DNA of 63,521 nucleotides, counting the filler, from Octopus bimaculoides (lineage: Eukaryota), in assembly GCF_001194135.2 (NCBI RefSeq). It is 6 parts of 5 records of this genome, joined end to end, with 100 filler letters (N's around TTAATTAATTAA, not from the genome) between each part and the next. Parts side by side here need not be neighbours in the genome. Positions count along the whole stretch, not along the records: positions 1 to 26,341 come from NC_069006.1; 5 more parts are not named here. The stretch is one strand, 5' to 3'. The position numbers were made by a program, and so were the translations under genes. Of this stretch, positions 12,081 to 24,501 are shown in pieces (the stretch's first letter is position 1; every line of letters begins with the position of its first letter). The notes beneath the pieces were generated by a model, which saw only the letters and a program-made list of their open reading frames with translations, made no database searches and was not told the origin of the DNA.

Positions 12081-13644
12081 TAATGTACGTACTAGCATAT
12101 CCATGTCATAAAAAATGCTGATAGTTTTATTAATGATAAAAAAATGGCTCATCAAAAACAGTGGGAGAAACCATTGACAAAAATCAATAATTGAGTAAGT
12201 ATGTGTAGATACACAGAATTGAAACACTTGAACTGTGAGATATGGTTGTAATGTCTTGCCTTAAAATATTATCATCCATGTAATATACATATATATATAT
12301 ATATATATACAGACAGATAGATAGATAGATAGATAGATAGATAGGTAGATAGATTTAAATTCAATAATAGGATGAATTCTTTTACAAGAATTTATCAAGT
12401 AGCTAGCGTGAAAAAAACCTCATAAGGGGGAAAAAAACATCATAAGGGGAAAAAAATCCATCATTTATTCCCAACATATATATTTTTATTTATATAAGGG
12501 CATTACTATACAATTAATGCCTCACGCTATGAGGGACTCTAAGGCCAGACTACCATAAAAATAGATAGATAGATAGATAGATAGAGAGATAGATAGATAG
12601 ATAGATAGATGAAATATCTGCTTTTCCATGTTTGCATGGCTCAGATAGATTTTTGTATAGCTGGATGCTACTTACATCGCTGGCTTTCACCTTGTTTCCG
12701 TGCTAAGTAATATGTCACCATGCCCAGACATGATTAAACGACAGGTACGAAATAATGAACACTGCTTGCGTGACAGTGATTCTCACTTACAACCACTAAG
12801 TGATGTCAAGGCAAGAAGACAGTAAAACACACACACACACACATATCAAGCCGATTGTTGGTGTTCTAGTGATCTCATGAGCTGGGGTTCCCCCACTACC
12901 ACCATTCATTGGTGAATGTACAATTGTATTGTGCAATATGGAGCATACATATTGCTACAAGCATGTAAGTATAATTTCTTCCACAATGAAATAAATACAA
13001 CATGAAGAACTTTGTGAAATATATATACTCAGGATGCTACATGGTTTAAATAAATAAAAATTCACGTCTCATACCACCTGACTTTTATGATTTCTATATA
13101 CACGTGTGTGTGTTTATATATATATATATATATATNNNNNNNNNNNNNNNNNNNNNNNNNNNNNNNNNNNNNNNNNNNNNNNNNNNNNNNNNNNNNNNNN
13201 NNNNNNNNNNNNNNNNNNNNNNNNNNNNNNNNNNNNNNNNNNNNNNNNNNNNNNNNNNNNNNNNNNNNNNNNNNNNNNNNNNNNNNNNNNNNNNNNNNNN
13301 NNNNNCATAATGTCTTACGTTTAAGATGATTCCCATGCTTTCCCTGATGAGAAGGTTATAATTTTAATATCAAAGATCCCTATGGATCACACAGGTTGTA
13401 ATCCTTTGAAACATATGTAGGAATAAAGTATGCAATTATAACATGCGTTTTCTCCATTCCTTAAATTCTTAAAGCACCCATTACACTCTCTGAGTGGTTG
13501 GCGTTAGGAAGGGCATCCAGCTGTAGAAACTCTGCCAAATTAGATTGGAGCCTGGTGTAGCCATCCGGTTTCACCAGTCCTCAGTCAAATCGTCCAACCC
13601 ATGCTAGCATGGAAAGCGGACGTTAAACGATGATGATGATGATG

Positions 13645-13690
<46 letters not shown>

Positions 13691-14738
13691 GCATATGTAC
13701 ATGTGTGTGTGTGTGTGTTAAAGGCCCAACATTCCAAGTTCTTTTACAAGGCTTAGAAAAACTGAAGAATCGCTGCAATAAGTATGTGAATCTAACAGGG
13801 GAACATGTTGAATAAAATCTTAATTGGCTCATCCTATTGTATTTTCTTTTATCCAAAGCCAGAGACTTATCAGCGTGCACACACACACACACACACACAC
13901 ACTGGTGGAATAGATAAAAAAAAATTTAATGACAGAGTACTGTGGTTTCATGAAAATGTATTGGCAATTATTCAATCTTAGTTGAAACGCTGGAGACAAT
14001 TCTGCCATTTTCTTAGGCGAGTGTGCAACACGAGATTTTATGAGATCACCGGTGGTACAAAAGGTGTCCAGGAAAAGAAGCTAAGGGAAATAATTATTCA
14101 AGGAATGTAGCATTGCTTACTCCCCTTGTATTATATATATATTAACCATAAAGGATGTTAGGGAACACATTTATTTTGACAAGTCGGGTTCTGGCTTGTT
14201 AATTTGTAACTAACATTGCCGACATAATTTCAATGGATTTGTGGCAATTTGGGAATACTGAATGTAACAATGATATCTGTTTTACTAGACTGACTCCAAT
14301 TTTTGAAATCATCAATTTACTTCAAATGACGAGTTTGTCGCAATATGCAGTGATTTTTTTGAAATTGTACTTTTTCAAGCAGAAAGTGAATACATAGACA
14401 CACACACTCTCACATACATCTGTCTATCACATACATACACCTTCACACTCACAGAGACGTAAGTACAGTTTAAGCACAAGGATAAACTTTACAAATACTT
14501 AGAGAAGCAGTAGGTTTGTGTATGTGTATGCATGTACAATATGTATGTTTATGTCTTAATTTAAATTAAAGACATATAATTTCTACTTTATACAACGTTA
14601 ATTATTTTATGAAATCGTATGATTGTTTTCTATCAACTTCTTTTATTCAGGAAGGAATATAATTACTTTTCAGAGCTACACACACACACACTTCATCATG
14701 TTGAATTGTTAATACCTACACGTTTTCTGCTCTCCCCA

Positions 14739-14773
<35 letters not shown>

Positions 14774-14794
14774 CATTTTCTCTGGTTTTTTTTC

Positions 14795-14910
14795 CTCTTA
14801 AACCTTTCTCTCAGGGAGTGTAGGCTTCAAACGTCCAAAACTTTTCCTTCCTTCCCTAATACACCTGCTTGTCGTTGCTTCATCTGTCTTTGTCTTTTAG
14901 CAAATTTGAA
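14795..14910 (+). mobile_element. Heavily decayed copy of the hammerhead-bearing repeat
   Basis: ctttctctcagggagtgtaggcttcaaacgtccaaaac...ctaatacacctgcttgtc aligns by eye to subfamily 2; the core is destroyed. Confidence 0.5.
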
Positions 14911-14987
<77 letters not shown>

Positions 14988-15756
14988 CATACATATATAC
15001 GACAGGCTTCTTTCAGTTCCTGTCCGCCAAATCCACTCACAAGATTTTGGTCAGTCCAAGATCGTAGTAGAAAGCAGTTTCCCAATATATCACGCAGTGG
15101 GACTGAACCCAGAACCATGTGGTTGGGAAGCAGGTTACTTACCACACAGAGCCATGTATAAGCACACACACATGCATATATATGTACGTATGCATGTACT
15201 TACATAAAACCCATTTCATTAAATAAAACAGATATTGGCTTTTAGTGGAGTAGAATGTGATTGCGTTGATAAAATTCAGAAAAATAGTGTCATATTTACA
15301 GCAAATATACCAACGAGAAATTAATTTCATTTAATTGTATTTCAAGGTAATAAATATTTTTCATTTGAAACTTAATATTTATTTCATCATTTTGCATAAG
15401 CACTAAGAAATTTGATAGAACAACTTTATGTATATATATATATATATATATATATACCATGTTGCCTGATATTACACAAGGTGGGAAAACTATACTTCCA
15501 AAGTTATACTCCAATACATGTGTGTGCACATATATATATGTATATGTATGTATGTATAAATAACACACTCACACATTTCATAATACTCTTCATGGGTACC
15601 AAAAATTCTGAGTCTAATGACTTGTTCTAGAGGTTCCAATTTCTAAAAATGAATGTTATGCAAATCCGGCTTGTGAGATGTTTTGCCGTCTTTATCTTGT
15701 AATTCCTGAATACCAGGCAAGTACAAACATACACACACACACAAAACATGCACACC

Positions 15757-15934
15757 ATGATAGATCACTAGCCACTACACATTCTTTATTTTCTCTCCCT
15801 GTTCCTTTCCGTGGAAGAGCGTAGGCTCGAAACGTTAAATACTTTTTCACTTCCCAAGCATTAAACTAATACATCTGTTTGTTGTCTACATCACCTGTCT
15901 TCGTCTTTTGTTTTTTTGTGAATTCTCCCTATAT
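15757..15934 (+). mobile_element. Hammerhead-bearing repeat, subfamily 2 (motif at 15804-15841)
   Basis: CCTTT-CCGTGGA-A-GAG-CGTAGG-CTC-GAA-ACGT-T-AAATA. Shares downstream blocks with subfamily 1 (ttccc.agc...actaatacatc, cacctgtc.tcgtc, ttctccc-TATA end). Confidence 0.7.
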
Positions 15935-16101
15935 ACAGGCATGGCTGTGTGGCAAGAAGCTTGCTTCCCAACCACATGGTTCTGGGTTCATCCCACTGCA
16001 TGGCATCTTAGGCAATTGTGTTCTATAGCCTCAGGTCAACCAAAGACTTGTGAGTGGATTTGGTAGACAGAAACTGAAAGAAGCCTGTCGTGTATATATA
16101 C

Positions 16102-16150
<49 letters not shown>

Positions 16151-16190
16151 NNNNNNNNNNNNNNNNNNNNNNNNNNNNNNNNNNNNNNNN

Positions 16191-16320
16191 GTGGTGTAGA
16201 CAACAAGCAGATGTATTAGTATAATGCTCAGTAAGTGAAAAAGTCTTTAATGTTTCGAGCCTACGCTCTTCCACAGAAAGAAACAAGGAGAGAAAAAAAA
16301 GGAAGCGTAGTGGCTAGCAA
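16191..16320 (-). mobile_element. Hammerhead-bearing repeat, subfamily 2, inverted copy cut by a gap (motif at 16281-16244)
   Basis: The minus strand reads TCTTT-CTGTGGA-A-GAG-CGTAGG-CTC-GAA-ACAT-T-AAAGA (CpG decay in stem III). Confidence 0.7.
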
Positions 16321-17074
16321 TATATATATGTGTGCGTGTGTGTCTGACTGGCCCTCGTGCTGGTAGCACATAAAAGCACCCACTACACTCTCGGAGTGGT
16401 TGGCGTTAGAAAGGGCATCCAGCTGTAGAAACTCTGCCAGATCAGATTGGAGTCTGGTGCAGCCATCCAGTTCGCCAGTCTTCAGTCAAATCGTCCAACC
16501 CATGCTAGCATGGAAAGTGGACGTTAAACGATGATGATGATGATCAGTTTGGAGAAAAGCTTTTTTTGATAACAATAACTGGCCAATATTATAATATTAT
16601 AAAACTGAAGATATAAAAATATCTGGACCATACATTCTAATAAGCAGATAATCTTTTTATTCATTTTAGATAAAAGAGTTTGGATTCAACTATGCTTGAT
16701 AACAATAACCATTTGATAACTTCTGTGAATATAATAGCTTATTCTCTTTCTCTCTCTCTCTCCCTCACACACACACACACGGCCATCCACACCTGCCAAC
16801 CCGAATGCAATATCTCAACTCCCAATACCAACATACAATACCATCCATTACCATCAAGATATATTCCTATCATATCTTTGGCAGTTTGGGTGCTTTTGTT
16901 TCCATCTCCACAAAGCAGCACATTTGTCACAGTGGTTGTGTTGCAGCTTATTTGAAATTTTAGCAACAATATCTGGAACTTTGATTCCAATAAGCAGATA
17001 ACTTTTAATTCATTTTAAACAAAGAATTTTGAAGCCCAGTAATTTTGAACTATTTGATAAGATTATTAGTGATT

Positions 17075-17145
<71 letters not shown>

Positions 17146-17160
17146 TAGATATATATATAT

Positions 17161-17356
17161 TATTATGATTGACCGTTGACTGAACACTATTCAATTTTTT
17201 TTCTCCGTGTTTTTCTCCTTGTCTCCGTATTCTTTCTGTTGAAGAGCGTAGCTCGAAACGTCAAAGACTTTCCGTATTCCCGAGCGTCATACTAATACAT
17301 CCTTTTGTTATTTACACCACCTGTCCTCGTCTGTTGTTGTTTTATCGTATATTCTC

Positions 17357-17360
<4 letters not shown>
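17161..17360 (+). mobile_element. ~200-bp non-coding hammerhead-bearing repeat (PLE terminal-repeat / retrozyme-like), subfamily 1
   Basis: Nearly identical to 46907-47108, flanked by (TA)n on both sides, no ORF, contains a hammerhead fold at 17231-17267. Confidence 0.8.
17231..17267 (+). ncRNA. Minimal type-I hammerhead ribozyme-like motif (A6U core variant)
   Basis: TCTTT-CTGTTGA-A-GAG-CGTAG-CTC-GAA-ACGT-C-AAAGA: stem I TCTTT/AAAGA, core CUGUUGA, stem II GAG/CTC, GAAA, palindromic ACGT stem III, predicted cleavage after GUC (17262). Activity untested. Confidence 0.7.
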
Positions 17361-17391
<31 letters not shown>

Positions 17392-17442
17392 CATGTGTGG
17401 GAAAATATGTGTATGTATGTATTGCTGTCATAATATTTAAAC

Positions 17443-17872
17443 ATATGGTTGTGTAGCTGTATGGTTGAGAAGTTTGTTACCCAACCACATGCTTTTAGAT
17501 TCTGTTCTACTGCATGGTACCTTGGGGAAATGTCTTCAACTATAACCCAAGCTGACTAAAACCTTGTGAATGGATTTGGTAGACAAAAAGCGAAAGAAGA
17601 ATACTGTGTGTATGAGTATGTGTGTGTGAGAGAGTTGTGCTGACATTGTGTGGTAGTTGTAAACGAGTGTCACTGTCATACAAGCAGTGTCATTCATTCC
17701 CAGTATTCTGAGTAACCGCATCTGGCTATGAGGAAATACTACAATGGTCAGAAACAGGTGAAGGTTGCTGATAAGAAGGGCATCTAGCCATAGAAAATTT
17801 GCCTCAATAAAAACTTCATCCAGCCCAAGCAATCATGGAGAAGTAGATGATAAAATGATGATGGTGATGATC
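17443..17872 (+). mobile_element. SINE with family-A head but a different 3' half ending in (GAT)n
   Basis: A-type head to gaaagaag, then gtgtcactgtcatacaagcagtg...gaagggcatc...atgatgatg. An inverted 3' half lies at about 12620-12830. Confidence 0.7.
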
Positions 17873-17989
17873 ACTTAAAATATAATAATAAAGATATTAT
17901 ATAAATATGTATATATAAATAATGGATTTTATAATGATACTTTATATTAATAAGCCTATAGGCAATTTACATTTAAATTCAATGTTTAA

Positions 17990-18610
17990 GGATAACAAGA
18001 TAAATAGCCTTTTCTGGCTGAAATCATAGATAAGGAAATGTGCATTAGTTACACTTACAGAGCTACCATAGTTAGGTTATTATCCAATTACACTAAATGT
18101 GTCTATGCCAGATTTAGAGAAATTTTTCTATGTGAATTTGACTGTAGGAATTCTCATTTTCTTTATGAAGAATGTGGGCATATTTATACAGGGGATTTGG
18201 GAATTATTAGTCATAAGGAATTACGATTGCTCATGTAGAAAAGAACTAAGTATAGGGAATCCAGAAGCATTAGTAAATTTAAGTTAGAGTTCTTATTGTT
18301 GGAATCAGAGGAGTTTCGCAAACGAGCTGAGTAATAAGTATAAGAGTATGGTAAAGAATTTTGGAAAATGGAAAGAGAAGGGCAGTGGTGTTGTTGAAGA
18401 AAGGATCAGTAAGTTAAATGCAATGATAGAAAAGGAGCCAATCATTGATGGAGAAAAGGATAAATAATACATTCCCAAGGTGGATAAAAAGTTTGTGGTA
18501 CTTCCTGTGGGTAAAGCGCACCAGGTAATTTTATAACTTAGTTGCGAGAAATATTCTGTATTAGTACAGAAATTAAGAGTAACTAACAAATATAATTTCT
18601 GTGGCACATA
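17990..18610 (+). mobile_element. Decayed PLE ORF fragment (region N-terminal to RT)
   Basis: CDCRNSHFLYEECGHIYTGDLGII..ELRLLM*K.TKYRE and DKKFVVLPVGKA resemble the GH..TGDL.II...LR...KGPKYREP and FV..P.DKA blocks of invertebrate PLEs. Confidence 0.65.
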
Positions 18611-18950
18611 TTACATATGAATTGAAGGCACCAAGTTGGCAGAATCATTACTGTGTCAGGAAAAATGATTAATGGCATTTCATCTGTCCTTATGTTCTGG
18701 ATTCAAATGCCATCGAGGTTAACTTTGCCTTTCATTCTTTTGGGGTCAATCGATTTACCCCACTCCTTTGAACTTGTGGTTTTGTGCGAACAAATGTGTG
18801 CAACGTCATGTGTATAACCATGAATGACAGCTGTATAATGTTATCATCCCACTGCCACTCTGGCTGTATCAAGGTACCAGTCATACGAAAGGTCGCATTT
18901 TGGTAGAATGGCAGGAGAGGTAACATACAAAAGGTAACATTTTGGTAGAA

Positions 18951-19185
18951 GGCGGCGAGCTGGCAGAAACGTTAGCACACTGGGCGAAATGCTTAGCGAT
19001 ATTTCGGTCATCGCTACGTTCTGAGTTCAAATTCCACCGAGGTCAACTTTGCCTTTCATCCTTTCGGAGTTGATAAATAAAGTACCAGTTACGCACTGGG
19101 GTTGATGTAATCAACTTAATCCCTTTGTCTGTCCTTGTTTGTCCCCTCTATGTTTAGCCCCTTTGTGGGCAATAGAGAAATAAGA
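18951..19185 (+). mobile_element. SINE family B, full-length
   Basis: ggcggcgagctggcagaaacgttagc...gagttcaaattcc...gcctttcatcctttcgg.gtcgataaa.taagtaccag...aataaagaaataagaa. Other copies at about 1180-1260(-), 8203-8373(-), 8878-9000(+), 18625-18790(+), 25810-25995(+), 48535-48750(+), 53638-53790(-). Confidence 0.88.
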
Positions 19186-19189
19186 ATGG

Positions 19190-19640
19190 CAGGAGAGATT
19201 CATAAAAGCCAAAAGACAGCCTTAGAAAGACTGAATGAAAGAAGAGGGAAAGGAACATAATTGGGCAGAGAAACTAAATATCAGTTCTTGGTATCATAGA
19301 GATAAGCTGAAAGTAAAAGGTTTGCCAACATTTTGTGATGAGAGAATCAAATGCCTTGTGGTGTTCTGGATCACAACACAGAGGACCAATGGAAATTGAG
19401 ATATTGTTGAGGAAATGTGTGATGGAATGCCACTTACCCTCACCTGTACTGAGAGAAGAGAAAGGCTTGGAAAGCTTACTACAAAAAGATTGCTGAACAT
19501 GAAGTATGCATGAGAGGCAAAGGAACAACCCAATGTAGACTTAACAAAAGTTGAAAATTGTATGGATGAAAGTACAATTAAGGATAGGAAAGCAAGGAAA
19601 ACTGCTAGACCATTATTGATTATTTCTGAGATGCTGAAAA
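19190..19640 (+). mobile_element. Decayed RTE-type LINE fragment (EN-RT linker)
   Basis: KRLLNMKYA*...RKARKTARPLLIISEMLK resembles the RTE block ..LLN.EN.W...K.GKA.GP.GI..EMLK. Confidence 0.45.
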
Positions 19641-19659
19641 ATATCAGGTGAAAACAATA

Positions 19660-20594
19660 TAGCTCAAACTAACCACTCACATAGTCAATCAGGTAGTACA
19701 GAATGGTGACATACACAATGACTAGTATAACAGTATTACAATCAACTGCTACAAAGGCAAAACACAACTATTCACTTTAAAGCCAAATGTATAAATTACA
19801 TTGGTCAGTCGACTTCGTTTTCAGCTTTACATGATTACAGCGTATTGTTAACGAGGAGGTACTCTCTCTTATTACTAGTATTGGCTTATGGTTTGGTGTG
19901 ACAACACATTTTCTGGTTTTGTTTTATAGTTTTCACTGCATGTTTGTCTCTTTTGTTCCACATAATACATTTGGTGAGTAATACGTATAATTTTTAGTTG
20001 CGATATTGTCTAATGTATTTGTTGCATTGTATTTTCGTCAACATTCATCAGAAACTTGATCTTCTAGTCTCTTTGAATATCTGTGGTTGATTAGTGTTTT
20101 TGTTTCATTCTGTGCGTTCCTTTATCAATTGTTTCATGTGTGACAGAGAATCTAAATGCTCTCTGAAGTAGTGATTTTATTACTGACATTCTGTAGTTAT
20201 GCGAGCATTTTTGTTATCTCAATGCAGGTCTATGCATTTGTTTGTATCTGAATAAACTGACATAATAGATCTATAGTTTTTAATCTGAACGGTCATGTTT
20301 AGAAATGCAGTTGCATTGGTATTGTTTTGGATGCTAAATATTAGTACTAAGCTGTTTTCTAGGTCTACATCCAATTTCTCAGCCTCTTCTAATGTGTCCA
20401 TTATAAACAGTATATCGTCTACTGTACATATCTAGTTATATGCTTGCATTGAGTGTTATTTTATTTTCTATAAGTAGAATGTGGCAAACATGAGTCCTAA
20501 GGGAGAACTCATAGCTATTCCATCTTTTTGTTGATATAGCTTGCTTTACGGGCAAAGAAACTCTACTTCCAATGTGCAAGTTGCTAACATCTTG

Positions 20595-20652
<58 letters not shown>

Positions 20653-20925
20653 TTGATGAAATCATGGCTGGCTTTTATTTTGTATACAATTAATATAACT
20701 TCAATTGTTTCTGTAACTGGAATGTTGGTGAAAAGACTTGCTACATCTGAAAAACCTCCTGATAACCTGGTACTGTAATTCACAGGTGTGTATTTTTTGA
20801 TAACGTTATTTATTTCTTTGGCGGTTTTATGTGTAGAAGTATTTATTTGAATTATTATGCATCAGGTTGTATTGATTCTGCAATTTTACTATACCATATA
20901 AAAGTGATGGAATGAATTCTTTTTC
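19660..20925 (-). mobile_element. Decayed Penelope/Poseidon-type PLE: RT through start of GIY-YIG endonuclease
   Basis: Collinear motifs on the minus strand: INTSTHKTAKEIN.VIKKY, SDVASLFTNIPVTETI, YQQKDGIAMSSPLG, VDDILF, AFLNMTV, SVIKSLLQRAF, LTNVIY. A (TA)n insertion lies at about 20600-20650. Confidence 0.85.
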
Positions 20926-22696
20926 AATGTGGGGGGAAAACAGATACCAACAGTATGTTTTCCATTAGAGTTGTTGTGGCTACAGTCTTGGACTGGCTAC
21001 ATGGTTTGCTCGCCCACAGGAAGGATGTTTTTTATGAGACACAACTCATGTGGATGGCTGTTAGCTCACAATGAGCTCATCTGTCCTGTGATAGGTTTTG
21101 TTTTTCATCCTTCTGAGGTTCCACAACACCCTCCTCACCTGGTAATCCAGGTGGGGGAGTCAATTCAATTGCCAACCACCTGACTGTGGAACAGTAAACT
21201 GAGAAAAGTAAACTATCAAAGTATCCAGTCATTTATGATCAAATCTGTGACAATGGAGACTTCCAGTGTCCTTGGCCCCCCCACAGACCATATTCCTGCC
21301 CACTGCTATCAGAGCAGAAACAGGTGTGCTGTTGTAAAGAAGATACATGGTTACCCAACCTGAGGGAAGAGCAGGAGCAGAGGGAGGACAAGAGAGAGAG
21401 CAGGAGTGCAAGGGAGAGCAGGAGAGAAATGGTGGCAAAATGCCGGGCATACTCACAAGGGTATAAATGGGATGGTCGAGTAAGAGAAGAGAGTGAGAGA
21501 TAGTGGCACATGCCAGAGCATACCCTTGAGGTATGGAGGTCATAATACAGACAGACAGACAGATAGATAGATAGAAACATATTGGGTTCTTAATCCATTT
21601 CTTTTGACTACAAAAGGCATATTTTTCCAAACAATTTACTTTCCTTATGACATCTAAAAAATAAATCATGCAACACAACACAAACAAAATAATGTTCTGG
21701 TTAATCCATCAGCTCGTTATTCAATTAAATTTTTTGTAATTATGGTGCAATGTTTCACTGGAAAATATCTATTTGTTGACTCATAATATTTTGAAAATAA
21801 ATTTGTAAAACAAATTTCAAAAATACACAAAAATTTGCCCAATCTATTTTATATTTATTCAATTTTATTTCAGCTGCTTACACATTTCAGTCTTGTAGAT
21901 ATCATCGGTACAATTCTGAGTTTAAACATCAGAGATAATTATATTTGCATAGTTATGGAGTAGCATTAACCTCAAAATGATGGTATTTGTAGTCCCAGAA
22001 GAGTCATTGAATGTAGATTATTAATGAAGAAGAAATAAATGTGAAGAATATAATCATTTTGCTTTTAGTTCTTCAGCTTCTTTGCAGTAAATCTAAGAGA
22101 TTGTGTAGTTGAATGTATGTGTATACACAGACACACCCTCAAACATATACAGACGTATACACATGCACAAACACACACACACACAGGAATACTTTTATGG
22201 TAACATATGCAAAACAATCCAAGTGGAAGAAATTTTTGGAAAATAAAAATAAAACAAAAAGTATTGGGAAGAATTTGTTAAGTTGATCTCAGGAAGATGA
22301 ATGTTATGAAGGAAATAACATAACAGTACAAGAAGTGAGCTCATGCAAGCAAGGCAGAACACGTAAAAATGGTGATTTAATGTACCTGTACATACATACA
22401 TACAGACAGACACACACACTTAAGTATATCTCTTGTGTGTTCTGTTACATGTATGACTGCTACAGGTGAATTTAGTGCTCCAAACAGATTACTATCATCC
22501 AGTCTACTGCCAGAGGTGTGGTCCTATGTATATATACATATATTTATACATATACATATAAGACACAGGTGTGGCTGTACGGTAAGAAGTTTGCTTCCCA
22601 ACCATGTGGTTTCAAGTTCAGTCCTACTGTGTGGTAAACATGGGCCCCATACCAACCAAAGCTGTGTGAGTAGATTTGGTAGGCAGAAATCTAAAT

Positions 22697-22911
22697 GCAG
22701 CGAGCTGGCAGAAACGTTAGCATGCCCCGGGGCGAAATGCTTAGCAGCATTACGTCTGCCATTACGTTCTGAGTTCAAATCCCGCTGAGGTCGACTTTGC
22801 CTTTCATCCTTTCAAGGTTGATAAATTAAGTACCAGTTACGCACTGGGGTTGATGTAATCGACTTAATCTCTTTGTGTTTAGCCCCTTGTGAGCAATAAA
22901 GAAATAAGAAA
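22697..22911 (+). mobile_element. SINE family B inserted inside a family-A SINE
   Basis: Family-A sequence stops at ggcagaaatc (22690) and resumes as aaagaagc after 22911. Confidence 0.8.
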
Positions 22912-23872
22912 CCCAAAGAAGCTTATTGTGCACATGTGTATGTATGTATGGGCATTCATGTATGCACATATGACACATACACATGCACATATGTATAAAT
23001 GAGCATGCATGAAATACTAACACCGACAGAGGAGTAATGTGTGAATAAACTTCATTGACACTGCACTGGTGAGTTAAGAGACACACCCTAACTCCAACCT
23101 AACCCTCACTGTATGCAGTCTGGGTATTCATCTTGTTTCAGACCTCTTTATGCTAACATATGACTAACCACAAAGAGTTAAATATTTAAATGTCTGATAG
23201 ATTCAAATTTTGTACACTATTAATGTGATCTTTAGAGATTAAATATACATAGTTGCTTCTTTCCATTTTCAAACGTAAATGGCTGGCGCAATAGAGAAAA
23301 CCTCATAAACACTAATAAATAGATTAGATTTGAAAAATTCATAAAATGCATATGCATACATTCACCCACATATATACATACAACTACAGGCACATAGCTG
23401 CATGTTTACACACATACACAGATTTAAAAGGTATACCAAAGTTCAACTGAATAGCACACTTAGAACATCGCCATAAAATATACCCCGTACATCTATTAGG
23501 TAATGAGAGAGCTGTCCTTGAATAGCCAATCGTATTCCCATAAACCATACACTTATTTGAGGAGTGTGAGTATCTATATATGTATACATGCATGCATACA
23601 CAGACACATGCATGTGTGTATGTTTGCTTCCATTTTTAATTATTTGAAATCTTCTTCTTAGGAAGGAGATGGTTTCTAATAAAAGTGCAAATCTCCATCA
23701 TTGGAATACCGATAACAAAGACAAAATTCGTAGTGCAAACTTGAGAAAAGGCTTACATATTTTTACTGTTCCACTAACAGATTGTATTTGTAATGTATGA
23801 ATTGGATTAGTTGACTTCTTTTTCTGAAAATCCTAACTTATCCAGATTTGTCACATAGGATTTACTCACATA

Positions 23873-24285
23873 GGCGTAAGTATGGCTGTGTGGTAAGAAG
23901 CTTGCTTCCTAGCCATATGGTTTGTTCAGTCCCACTGCATGGCACCTTGGGCAAATGTCTTCTTTTATAGCCTCAGGCAGGCCAAAGCCTGGCGGGTGGA
24001 TTTGGTGGATTGAAACTGAAAGAAGCCTGTCATATGGATGTATGTGCGTGTATGTGTGCATGCACCTGTCTGTCTGTCTTTATCCTCCACCACTACTTGA
24101 AAACTGGTGTTGGGCATGCTTATATCTCTGTAACTTAACAGTTCAGCAAAAGAGACCAACAGAATAAGTACCAAGTTGAACAAAAAAAATTAAGTACTGG
24201 AGTTGATCCGTTCAACTAAAAATTCTTCAAGGTGGTGCCCTAGCATGGCCACAGCCTAATGACTGAAACAAGGAAAAGGTAAAAG
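23873..24285 (+). mobile_element. SINE family A, full-length copy
   Basis: ggcgtaagtatggctgtgtggtaagaagcttgc ... gactgaaacaaggaaaagg. Confidence 0.85.
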
Positions 24286-24501
24286 AAACCAAATTCACCA
24301 ATTATTATTAATATCAAAATGTGATGATAGCAATGTTGTTGCCAGGTCTACACTAGCCTGGAATAGTAGAACCTGGGTTAACTAGCATATGTGACGACAA
24401 TCCACCTCAATGCAGGGAAGCAGAAATACTCTTGGCTGGTGTCAGGGCATACAGTAAAACCACCGGAAGTGAGGGACCTATAGATGTTATCACAGTATCC
24501 T

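Noticed and set aside
18951-19040. tRNA-like heads of SINE families A, B and C as tRNA genes
   Set aside because: They continue into conserved SINE bodies and tails, some with TSDs, and the cloverleafs are incomplete.
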